DNA of 64,000 nt from Tagaea sp. (lineage in GTDB: Bacteria; Pseudomonadota; Alphaproteobacteria; CACIAM-22H2), in contig JAYRYC010000011.1 in NCBI GenBank assembly GCA_041917215.1, forward strand, positions 5,199 through 69,198, written 5' to 3'. The position numbers were made by a program, and so were the translations under genes. The notes below the pieces were generated by a model that was not told the DNA's origin, ran no database searches, and worked only from the letters and a program-made list of their open reading frames with translations. Below, one piece after another: positions 56,652-64,000 of the stretch; positions within the stretch are counted from its first letter, which is position 1, and the number at the start of each line of letters is the position of its first letter.

Positions 56652-57907
56652 GTGCGGAAGCCTCCACGCTGCTGCGCGAAGGCGAGGCGTTGCTACGCCG
56701 GCGCGCCTTCATGGCTGCGCGCGAGGCGCTGGCGCGCGCCGTGGCGCTTGTACCCGCGATGGGGCCCGCGCATGCGTTGCTCGGCCGTGCGGCGCACGCC
56801 ACCGGCGATTTGGCGCAAGCGGCCGCCGCGTTCGAGGCGGCCAAGGCGCTGGGCGAGTCGGGGCCCGATTTCGAACGCCGTCGCGGCAATCTGCTGATGG
56901 ATCTGCAACGCACCGGCGACGCGGCCGACGCCTATCGCGCGGCGTTGACGCGCTCGCCCTTCTCGGCGGGATCGTGGTACGGGCTGGGCACCGCACTCGC
57001 CGAACTCGACGACGTCTCGGGGGCACGCGATGCTTTCGCCAAATGGGGCCAATGCCCCGGCCCGGCGGGCGCCGATGCGCATCTCAACATCGCCGCGATC
57101 GCACGCCAGATCGCGCTGGACGACGATTTCTTCAAGGCGTTGCCGCCGCCGCCCGCGACGGCGCCCGAAGGCGACTATGCCGAAGGCGATGCGCCGCTGA
57201 TCTTCGCCGCCGCCGATGCGGGCTATGCCGCGCGCTTCGCGGAACTATTGTCGGGCAATCTCGCGGCTCGCGCGCCCGGCATCGCGCTGCATCTGCATGT
57301 CGTGAACCCGACCGCCGAAAGCGAAGAACGCCTCGCGCGCGTCAAAGACCTCACGCAAGGCCATCTCGATTTCGCGGTGACGCGCGAAACGACCGATCTG
57401 GCGCGCTTCGACGGGCCCGACGGGCATATGCCCGCCAAGACCTATTACACTTGCGCAAGGTTCCTGGCGTTGCCCGCCTTGCTCGCGCGCTATCGCCGGC
57501 CCATTTTGGTGTGCGACATCGATATGGCGCCCACACGCGATCCGCGCCCCTGGCTCGACGAGCTCGCGGCGGCGGACGCGGGCGGCAACGTCAAAATCCG
57601 CTACGATTTCGCCAATCATTTGCTGGCGACGATGATCTATGTCGGCGATACGCAAGCGGGCCGCGAATTCGCGAACAAGGTCGCGGGCTATTGCCGCCAC
57701 TTCCTGGAAACGCGCAAAGCCGCCTGGACGCTCGACCAAGTGGCGCTGCGGGCGACGCAGCTTCATTTGCGCCGCAACGGTATCTGGCGCGATTTCCGCG
57801 AATTCGCGCCGAACGTCATGAACTGGATGGACGACGATTACCCGATCGAGGAAACGCAAAAGCGCTTCCTGTTCGTCTCGCTCTATTCCAGCGTGCCGCG
57901 CGCTTAA
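56648..57907 (+). CDS. TPR-repeat protein with C-terminal GT-A (GT8-like) nucleotide-sugar-transferase-like domain
   Basis: GTG start overlaps the stop of the M20 gene (GTGA 56648-56651). The N-terminal ~135 aa are TPR-like. The C-terminal part has LIFAAADAGYA... and YYTCARFLALPALLARYRRPILVCDIDM, resembling the GT8 DxD region. Assignment is tentative. Confidence 0.5.
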   Translation: MSAEASTLLREGEALLRRRAFMAAREALARAVALVPAMGPAHALLGRAAHATGDLAQAAAAFEAAKALGESGPDFERRRGNLLMDLQRTGDAADAYRAALTRSPFSAGSWYGLGTALAELDDVSGARDAFAKWGQCPGPAGADAHLNIAAIARQIALDDDFFKALPPPPATAPEGDYAEGDAPLIFAAADAGYAARFAELLSGNLAARAPGIALHLHVVNPTAESEERLARVKDLTQGHLDFAVTRETTDLARFDGPDGHMPAKTYYTCARFLALPALLARYRRPILVCDIDMAPTRDPRPWLDELAAADAGGNVKIRYDFANHLLATMIYVGDTQAGREFANKVAGYCRHFLETRKAAWTLDQVALRATQLHLRRNGIWRDFREFAPNVMNWMDDDYPIEETQKRFLFVSLYSSVPRA

Positions 57908-58698
57908 CGGTCGAACGGGTGCGCGTGGTTGAGCGGCCCGTGGCCGCCGCCATAGCCCGGCGCCGTTTCCATCGCGCGGCGCACATAATCGCGCGCGCGG
58001 CCGACGGCGCTTTCGAGATCGAGATTTTGCGCAAGGCCGGTCGCGATCGCCGAGGCGAGCGTGCAGCCCGTGCCATGCGTCGCTTTCGTCGCGATGCGCG
58101 GGGATTCGAAAACCTTCACGCCGTCCGGTGTGGCCAGAATATCGACGATCGCGTCGGAGTCGAGATGGCCGCCTTTGAGCAGCACGGCGTGGCAGCCCAG
58201 CGTGATCATCGCCTGCGCCGCGTGGCGCATATCGGCGGGATTGCGAATCGTCATGCCCGACAAGGCTTCGGCTTCGGGCAGATTGGGCGTGAGCAGCGTC
58301 GCCAGCACCATCATGCGCCGCTTCAGCGTCGTGACCGCTTCGGGCAGCAGCAGCGGATGGCCGCCTTTGGCGTACATCACCGGATCGACGACCAGCTTCA
58401 CGCCCTTGGCTTCGGCTTCCAGCGTGTCGGCGACCGCGTCGATCGTGGCGCTGTCGTGCAGCATGCCGGTCTTGATCGCGTCCGCACCGATATCGCGCAA
58501 GCACAGGCGCATTTGCTGGGCGATGAAATCGACCGGCACGACGTGAACGCCATGCACGCCATGCGTATCCTGCGCGGTCAACGCCGTGATCGCCGTCATC
58601 GCGTAGCCGTTATTCGCGGTCACGGCCTTGATATCGGCCTGGATCCCCGCCCCGCCGCCGGAATCCGAACCGGCGACGATCAATACCCGTCCGCGCAT
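57904..58698 (-). CDS. thiD: bifunctional hydroxymethylpyrimidine kinase / phosphomethylpyrimidine kinase
   Basis: 264 aa; AGSDSGGGAGIQADIK, KTGML, VVDPVM and GTGCTLASAIA motifs. Confidence 0.9.
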   Translation of the reverse strand: MRGRVLIVAGSDSGGGAGIQADIKAVTANNGYAMTAITALTAQDTHGVHGVHVVPVDFIAQQMRLCLRDIGADAIKTGMLHDSATIDAVADTLEAEAKGVKLVVDPVMYAKGGHPLLLPEAVTTLKRRMMVLATLLTPNLPEAEALSGMTIRNPADMRHAAQAMITLGCHAVLLKGGHLDSDAIVDILATPDGVKVFESPRIATKATHGTGCTLASAIATGLAQNLDLESAVGRARDYVRRAMETAPGYGGGHGPLNHAHPFDR

Positions 58699-58701
58699 CG
58701 C

Positions 58702-60156
58702 CTACTCCGCCGCGCCGCGCTGGGGCTTCGCGCGCCGCCCGGGCCCGCCCGCCGCGGTCGCGTCGGCTTTGGGGGCGGGCTTCGCCGCCGGGGCCGAGGC
58801 TTTGCTGCCGCCGGCCTTGGTGCCGCCCGCATCGATCAAGGCCGAGACGATCCCGCCGACCGCATCGCGCACGGCATCGTCGGTCGGCCCTTCGGCCATC
58901 ACGCGCACCAAAGGCTCGGTGCCCGATTTGCGGATCAGCACGCGACCGTTGCGGCCGAGCTTCTTTTCCGCCGCCGTGATCGCGGCTTTGACCTTGGCGT
59001 CGTCGAGCGGCGGTGCCGAGGCGAAGCGCACGTTCTCCAGCAATTGCGGCAGCGCTTCGAACACATGCGCCACGTCGCTCGTGTTTTTGCCCGACTGCAC
59101 GATGGAAGCGAGCATTTGGAGCCCGGCGATCAAACCGTCGCCGGTCGTCGCGTAATCCGACAGGATGACATGGCCCGATTGCTCGCCGCCGAGATTGGCG
59201 TCGAGCTCGCGCATCGCTTCCAGCACGTAGCGGTCGCCGACCTTGGTGCGCGTCAGCGTCAGGCCTTCGCCTTCCAGCCAGCGCTCCAATCCCAGATTGG
59301 ACATCACGGTCGCGACCACCGTGCCTTTGCGCAAGCGGCCCTCGGCCTTCCACGCGCGCGCGATGGCGGCGAGAACTTGGTCGCCGTCGATCAGGCGGCC
59401 CTTCTCGTCGACCAATTGCAAACGATCGGCGTCGCCGTCGAGCGCCAGACCGACATGCGCGCCATGCGCGACCACGGCCTGTTGCAGCGTTTCGACATGC
59501 GTGGCGCCGCAATCCTTGTTGATGTTGAAACCGTCGGGATCGATGGCGAGCGGCACGATCTCCGCGCCCAATTCCCACAACACGGTCGGCGCCACGCGAT
59601 AGGCGGCCCCGTTGGCGCAATCGACGACGACTTTGAGCCCATCGAGGCTCAAACCCTTCGGGAAGGTCGCCTTGGCGAATTCGATATAGCGGCCGGGCGC
59701 ATCATCGATGCGGCGCGCGCGCCCGAGCTTCTCGGGTTCGACTCGGCCCGCCTCGTCGCCGATATGGCGCTCGATCTCGGCTTCCAGTTCGTCCGACAGC
59801 TTATAGCCGTCGGCGCCGAACAATTTGATGCCGTTGTCGTGATGCGGATTATGCGAAGCGGAGATCATCACGCCCAGATCAGCGCGCAGCGAACGTGTGA
59901 GCATCGCGACGGCCGGCGTGGGCATGGGCCCCAGCAGCAGCACATCCATGCCGATCGACAGGAAACCGGCGGTCAACGCGTTCTCGAACATATAGCCCGA
60001 GAGGCGCGTATCCTTGCCGATCAGCACGCGCGGGCGGTGATGGCTGCGGCGCAGCACCTTGCCCGCCGCGATGGCCACCGCCATGGCGGTTTCGGCCGTC
60101 ATCGGCGCCACATTGGCGAGGCCGCGAATCCCATCGGTTCCGAATAGCTTGCGCAT
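58702..60156 (-). CDS. glmM: phosphoglucosamine mutase (with Ala/Lys/Pro-rich C-terminal tail)
   Basis: [22 protein letters not shown] (phosphoserine loop), GDGDADR-type loop (LDGDADRL), GGEQSGH. About 39 extra C-terminal residues of low complexity. Confidence 0.95.
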   Translation of the reverse strand: MRKLFGTDGIRGLANVAPMTAETAMAVAIAAGKVLRRSHHRPRVLIGKDTRLSGYMFENALTAGFLSIGMDVLLLGPMPTPAVAMLTRSLRADLGVMISASHNPHHDNGIKLFGADGYKLSDELEAEIERHIGDEAGRVEPEKLGRARRIDDAPGRYIEFAKATFPKGLSLDGLKVVVDCANGAAYRVAPTVLWELGAEIVPLAIDPDGFNINKDCGATHVETLQQAVVAHGAHVGLALDGDADRLQLVDEKGRLIDGDQVLAAIARAWKAEGRLRKGTVVATVMSNLGLERWLEGEGLTLTRTKVGDRYVLEAMRELDANLGGEQSGHVILSDYATTGDGLIAGLQMLASIVQSGKNTSDVAHVFEALPQLLENVRFASAPPLDDAKVKAAITAAEKKLGRNGRVLIRKSGTEPLVRVMAEGPTDDAVRDAVGGIVSALIDAGGTKAGGSKASAPAAKPAPKADATAAGGPGRRAKPQRGAAE

Positions 60157-60210
60157 GTCGGCGCTTATAGGCGGCGGAAGAGACCCCGTAAAGACACGGG
60201 TTATTGCGGT

Positions 60211-61035
60211 TTATTGCGCGGATTCGATGGCGCGCCAGACCTTCAGGGCCTGGATCGTCGGCGCCACGTCGTGGACGCGCAGGATATCCGCCCCGCGCGC
60301 GATGGCGGCGAGCCCCGCCGCCAACGATCCGGGCAAGCGGTCCTTCGGCTTCTCGCCCTTCGACAAGGCGCCGAGAAAGCTTTTGCGCGACACGCCGATC
60401 AGCACGGCAACGTCCAACGCCCGCAGCACATCGATCCGCGCCAGGATTTGCGCGTTATGCGCGACCGATTTGCCGAAGCCGATACCGGGATCGACGCTGA
60501 GCTTCGCGCGCGGGATTCCCGCTTTTTCGCAAGCGGCGATCCGCGCGGCCAGATAATCCGCGATCTCCTGCGGCGCATTCTCGTATTGCGGATTCGCCTG
60601 CATCGTCTTGGGCTCGCCCTGCATATGCATCAGCACCGCCGACACGCCGCGCGCGGCAACGAGATCGAGCGAGCCCGCACCGGTCAGCGCCGTGATGTCG
60701 TTGACGATCGAAGCGCCCGCGTCGAGAGCCGCCTTCATCGTGTCGGCGTGGCGCGTGTCGATGGAGACGACCGCCCCCGCCTTCGCCAAAGCTTCGATCA
60801 CGGGGACGACGCGGCGGCGCTCTTCATCCGGGGGTACAGGGGCCGAACCGGGCCGCGTCGACTCGCCGCCGATATCGAGAATGTCGGCGCCATCCTCCAT
60901 CTGTTCGAGGCCGCGCGCGATCGCCGCGTCGCGGTCGAAATGATCGCCGCCGTCGGAGAACGAGTCCGGCGTCGTGTTGACGATGCCCATCACCAGCGGA
61001 CGGTCGAGGACGAAACGGTCAAAGCGGCGTGTCAT
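60211..61035 (-). CDS. folP: dihydropteroate synthase
   Basis: Start ATG 61035: MTRRFDRFVLDRPLVMGIVNTTPDSFSDGG...DIGGESTRPG...DPGIGFGK. Confidence 0.9.
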   Translation of the reverse strand: MTRRFDRFVLDRPLVMGIVNTTPDSFSDGGDHFDRDAAIARGLEQMEDGADILDIGGESTRPGSAPVPPDEERRRVVPVIEALAKAGAVVSIDTRHADTMKAALDAGASIVNDITALTGAGSLDLVAARGVSAVLMHMQGEPKTMQANPQYENAPQEIADYLAARIAACEKAGIPRAKLSVDPGIGFGKSVAHNAQILARIDVLRALDVAVLIGVSRKSFLGALSKGEKPKDRLPGSLAAGLAAIARGADILRVHDVAPTIQALKVWRAIESAQ

Positions 61036-61078
61036 GGCGCGCGCAGAATTAGCATGATCGCGCGAACGCCCCAACGAA

Positions 61079-61106
61079 AACGGCCCCGCTTGGGGGCGGG
61101 GCCGTT
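61079..61106 (-). terminator. rho-independent terminator downstream of ftsH
   Basis: aacggccccgc-ttgggg-gcggggccgtt (11-bp stem). On the minus strand it is followed by UUCGUU. Confidence 0.6.
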
Positions 61107-61131
61107 CGTCGCTACGTCGTCTTCTTGGGCG

Positions 61132-63084
61132 TTATGCGGGAGCCGCACCCGGATCGGTCGCGGGCTTGGAGCCGGAGGTCGGCACCGAGCCGCGACGGCC
61201 ACCGGTCTTGGCGGCGGGCGGCGGGGCGTCCGCGTCCGGGCGTTCGATCGTTTCGCCGCGCAGCAAGGTCTGCACCTCGTCGCCCGACAGGGTTTCGTAT
61301 TCGAGCAAGCCCTTGGCGAGCTTGTGCAGATCGTCGATGCGGGTGTTCAGCACTTCGCGCGCCTTCACCTCGCCGCCTTCGACGATGCGGCGCACTTCCG
61401 AATCGATCAGATTCGCCGTCGCTTCGGAGATGTTCTGCGTCTGCGTCACCGAGTGGCCCAGGAACACTTCCTGTTCGTTGGCGTTGTAGCGCACGCGGCC
61501 GAGCTTATCGGACATGCCGAACTCGGTGACCATGCGCCGCGCCATCGCGGTCGCCATCTGGATGTCGCCCGCGGCCCCGGTCGTCACGTTCTCGGGCCCG
61601 AAGATCAGTTCTTCCGCCACGCGGCCGCCGAACGCCATCGCGAGCTTCGCCTCCATCTCGTATTTCGAGATCGAGAGCTTGTCGCGCTCGGGCAGCATCA
61701 TGGTGAGGCCGAGCGCCCGGCCGCGCGGGATGATCGTCACCTTGTGCAAGGGATCGTTGCCCGGGACGGAGATCGAGACGAGCGCGTGACCGGCCTCGTG
61801 ATAGGCGGTCAGCTCCTTCTCCTTCTCGGTCATGACCATCGAGCGGCGCTCGGTGCCCATCATGACCTTGTCCTTGGCGTCTTCCAGTTCCGACATCGTC
61901 ACGAAGCGCTTGGCGCGGCGCGCGGCCAGCAACGCGGCTTCGTTGACGAGATTGGCGAGATCCGCACCCGAGAAGCCCGGCGTGCCGCGCGCGATGACCT
62001 TGGCGTCCACGTCGGGCGACAACGGCACCTTGCGCAGATGGACCTTGAGGATCTTCTCGCGGCCCGCGACGTCGGGGTTCGGCACCACGACCTGACGGTC
62101 GAAGCGGCCGGGACGCAGCAAGGCGGGGTCGAGCACGTCGGGACGGTTGGTCGCCGCGATCAGGATGACGCCTTCGTTCGCTTCGAAGCCGTCCATCTCG
62201 ACGAGAAGCTGATTGAGCGTTTGCTCGCGCTCGTCGTTGCCGCCGCCAAGGCCCGCCCCGCGATGGCGGCCGACTGCGTCGATTTCATCGATGAAGATCA
62301 AGCACGGCGCGTTCTTCTTGCCCTGCTCGAACATGTCGCGCACGCGCGAGGCACCGACGCCGACGAACATTTCGACGAAGTCGGAGCCCGAAATCGTGAA
62401 GAACGGCACATTGGCTTCGCCCGCAATGGCGCGCGCGAGCAGCGTCTTACCCGTGCCGGGCGGGCCGACGAGCAGCACGCCCTTGGGGATCTTGCCGCCC
62501 AAACGCTGGAATTTCTGCGGATCGCGCAGGAATTCGACGATCTCCTCGAGTTCGCCCTTGGCTTCGTCGATGCCCGCGACGTCGTCGAAGGTCACGCGGC
62601 CGACCTTCTCGGTCAGCAGACGCGCGCGGCTTTTGCCGAAGCCCATGGCCCGGCCGCCGCCGCCCTGCATCTGGCGCATGAAGAAGATCCACAAGCCGAT
62701 CATGATCAGGAACGGCGCGTAGGACAGCAGGATCGAGAGCAGCGGATGGATCTGCTCCTCGATCGGCTGGGCCGAGAAATTAACGTTGTTGCGCTGAAGA
62801 CGATCGACCAGCCCCGGGTCGCTGGGCGCATAGGTCGCGAATTGGCGGCCATCGGTCAGCGAGCCGCGCAGATTGGGGCCCTGGATCGTCACGTCGCGCA
62901 CTTGCTGGCGATCGACATTGGCGATGAATTCGGAATACGGCATCGGCTGCGCGTTGCCGCGCGGGCCCGAGCCCTGGAACATGTTGAACAGGGCGATCAG
63001 CAACAAGCCGATGATCACCCAAAGAACCAGGTTCTTGCCGAAATTGTTCAAGGCGCAGCCTTTCGAGACCGGAAAAAGCGTCAC
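61132..63084 (-). CDS. ftsH: ATP-dependent zinc metalloprotease FtsH
   Basis: [13 protein letters not shown] (Walker A), IIFIDEIDA, second region of homology, HEAGHA zinc site. Start is GTG 63084 (GTGA overlap with the tilS stop) or TTG 63051 (LNNFGKNL..). Confidence 0.95.
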   Translation of the reverse strand: MTLFPVSKGCALNNFGKNLVLWVIIGLLLIALFNMFQGSGPRGNAQPMPYSEFIANVDRQQVRDVTIQGPNLRGSLTDGRQFATYAPSDPGLVDRLQRNNVNFSAQPIEEQIHPLLSILLSYAPFLIMIGLWIFFMRQMQGGGGRAMGFGKSRARLLTEKVGRVTFDDVAGIDEAKGELEEIVEFLRDPQKFQRLGGKIPKGVLLVGPPGTGKTLLARAIAGEANVPFFTISGSDFVEMFVGVGASRVRDMFEQGKKNAPCLIFIDEIDAVGRHRGAGLGGGNDEREQTLNQLLVEMDGFEANEGVILIAATNRPDVLDPALLRPGRFDRQVVVPNPDVAGREKILKVHLRKVPLSPDVDAKVIARGTPGFSGADLANLVNEAALLAARRAKRFVTMSELEDAKDKVMMGTERRSMVMTEKEKELTAYHEAGHALVSISVPGNDPLHKVTIIPRGRALGLTMMLPERDKLSISKYEMEAKLAMAFGGRVAEELIFGPENVTTGAAGDIQMATAMARRMVTEFGMSDKLGRVRYNANEQEVFLGHSVTQTQNISEATANLIDSEVRRIVEGGEVKAREVLNTRIDDLHKLAKGLLEYETLSGDEVQTLLRGETIERPDADAPPPAAKTGGRRGSVPTSGSKPATDPGAAPA

Positions 63085-64000
63085 ACGAATTCCGCCGGCG
63101 CCATAGCCAGGCGCGGACGGAACCGGACGTCCAACTTGGCCAGCGTATCAAGCGCTTGCGCGTTGCGTCCATACAAGAGGTGGGGAACGGCGAGCACCCC
63201 GTCAAGGTCCCGCAACGCCGGTAAAACAGCGCGCGCGATCAAGGGGATGCGCGCCCTTGCGGCGGCACGCTCGGGCTGCGGCAAAGCGGCCCAGCCTTCG
63301 TCGCCCAAAGCGCCCACGGTCAAACCGGGCGGGCCGCCATGAAGTTGCAGCGCGAAGCGCCCGTCCCAGACGACGATTTCACCGGGCGGGATCGGGGTTT
63401 CGGGCGGTGCTGGTGCCGCTTCGCGCGCCACGACGATGCGCCCATCGCGCGCGGGCGCGAAGCGGCAACGCCCCAAGGTCGCCGCACTTCCGCGCATCAA
63501 CGCGGCGAACACGCCCGTCGCGCGCACGCGGCGCGGCGTGTACTCGCCGCCGCCGATCGCCCGCGCGATGCGGCCCAATGCTTCGACCGCCAATTCGCCC
63601 TCGCCCAACGCCGCCAAGTTCAACCGCGCGAAGCCTTCCGGCGCCACCGACACGGCAAGCGCCAAGCGACACGCCAATTCGCGTTCGTGTTCGCGGCGCG
63701 CGTTCGCGGCTTGCGGATCGGGCTTGGGCAAATCGCTTTCGCGCAAGCGCCCACGCGCCGTCGCGGGATTGGCGTTGGACGGATCCTCGATCCACGCCGC
63801 CCCGTAAGCGCGGCAGGTCGCGAGCAAGGTTTGGTGCGGTATGTCGAGCACCGGGCGAAGAATACGGATCTGCGCGCGCTCGACGATCGCCGACATGCCG
63901 GCAAGCCCCACGGCCCCCGAACGCCGTTCGGCGCGCAAAGCGACCGTTTCAGCTTGATCGTCCGCGTTATGCGCGATCAGCAGATGCAGGATCGCGCGCC
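63081..64000 (-). CDS. tilS: tRNA(Ile)-lysidine synthetase, C-terminal part (5' end outside window)
   Basis: The frame remains open upstream of the track start to the window edge: ..[36 protein letters not shown].. matches the HxADDQ(A/L)ET / GLxGM motifs of TilS. Position upstream of ftsH is the usual synteny. Confidence 0.8.
   Translation of the reverse strand, partial: RAILHLLIAHNADDQAETVALRAERRSGAVGLAGMSAIVERAQIRILRPVLDIPHQTLLATCRAYGAAWIEDPSNANPATARGRLRESDLPKPDPQAANARREHERELACRLALAVSVAPEGFARLNLAALGEGELAVEALGRIARAIGGGEYTPRRVRATGVFAALMRGSAATLGRCRFAPARDGRIVVAREAAPAPPETPIPPGEIVVWDGRFALQLHGGPPGLTVGALGDEGWAALPQPERAAARARIPLIARAVLPALRDLDGVLAVPHLLYGRNAQALDTLAKLDVRFRPRLAMAPAEFV

Noticed and set aside
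57904-58701. TPP riboswitch upstream of thiD; preQ1 riboswitch upstream of queF (34833..)
   Set aside because: thiD starts 3 nt after the glmM stop, and queF overlaps tgt. There is no leader in which a riboswitch could reside, and I saw no conserved riboswitch cores.
60201-60218. Tandem TTATTGCG(G/C) decamer at the folP stop
   Set aside because: There are only two short copies, one of them being the last codons of folP. It is most likely a trivial local duplication with no evident function.
56974-63342. 1057-aa and 1042-aa plus-strand ORFs
   Set aside because: Despite being the longest ORFs in the track, they are Arg/Gly/Asp/His-rich and antisense to thiD, glmM, folP and ftsH, all of which are unambiguous.
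1-64000. Mobile elements, prophage, CRISPR arrays, tRNA or rRNA genes, defence or toxin-antitoxin modules
   Set aside because: I recognised no transposase, integrase or Cas-like translations in any frame, no regularly spaced repeats, and no tRNA-like T-arm/acceptor patterns. The gene content is housekeeping and metabolic with conserved synteny blocks. RmuC here sits in its usual recR neighbourhood, not in a defence-island context.

Overview
The window is a GC-rich (about two-thirds G+C by eye, not computed), very densely packed chromosomal segment. Its character is alphaproteobacterial: ffs-dnaX-ybaB-recR synteny, a DUF1217 protein and a TAXI-type TRAP transporter. I can support 55 protein-coding genes and one ncRNA (SRP 4.5S RNA, which is not in the ORF track).

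The first gene (1..1639, minus strand) is also absent from the ORF track, because its frame runs off the window edge. I found no rRNA, tRNA, CRISPR, transposase, integrase or phage genes, so this looks like core genome rather than an island.

Recognisable blocks:
- Part of a histidine-utilisation set: hutG, hutI, hutF.
- A translationally coupled three-gene transglutaminase / amidoligase / alpha-E operon.
- A small block of family-less proteins next to an EF-hand protein and a DUF1217 protein.
- An OmpR-type two-component pair.
- rmuC-recR-ybaB-dnaX-ffs.
- A late queuosine operon: queG-queA-tgt-queF.
- xdhABC.
- An IlvD/Edd dehydratase with a TAXI-TRAP operon, divergent from a gene pair encoding an M20 carbamoylase-type amidohydrolase and a TPR/GT-A-like protein.
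- thiD-glmM, folP, ftsH, tilS.

Most of the long Arg/Ala/Gly-rich ORFs in the six-frame track are antisense or out-of-frame shadows of real genes in GC-rich DNA, and I rejected them.

The best candidates for under-described biology:
1. The amidoligase/transglutaminase/alpha-E operon (7688..14528). It is a conserved neighbourhood with, to my knowledge, no experimentally defined function.
2. The EF-hand + DUF1217 pair. The two proteins share a Ser/Tyr-rich N-terminus, and a structured leader places an intrinsic terminator and an anti-Shine-Dalgarno helix directly in front of the EF-hand gene.
3. The four small orphan genes at 16659..18199.
4. The TPR/GT-A-like protein that is translationally coupled to the M20 hydrolase.

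All family assignments come from motif recognition by eye. No database search or computation was possible.
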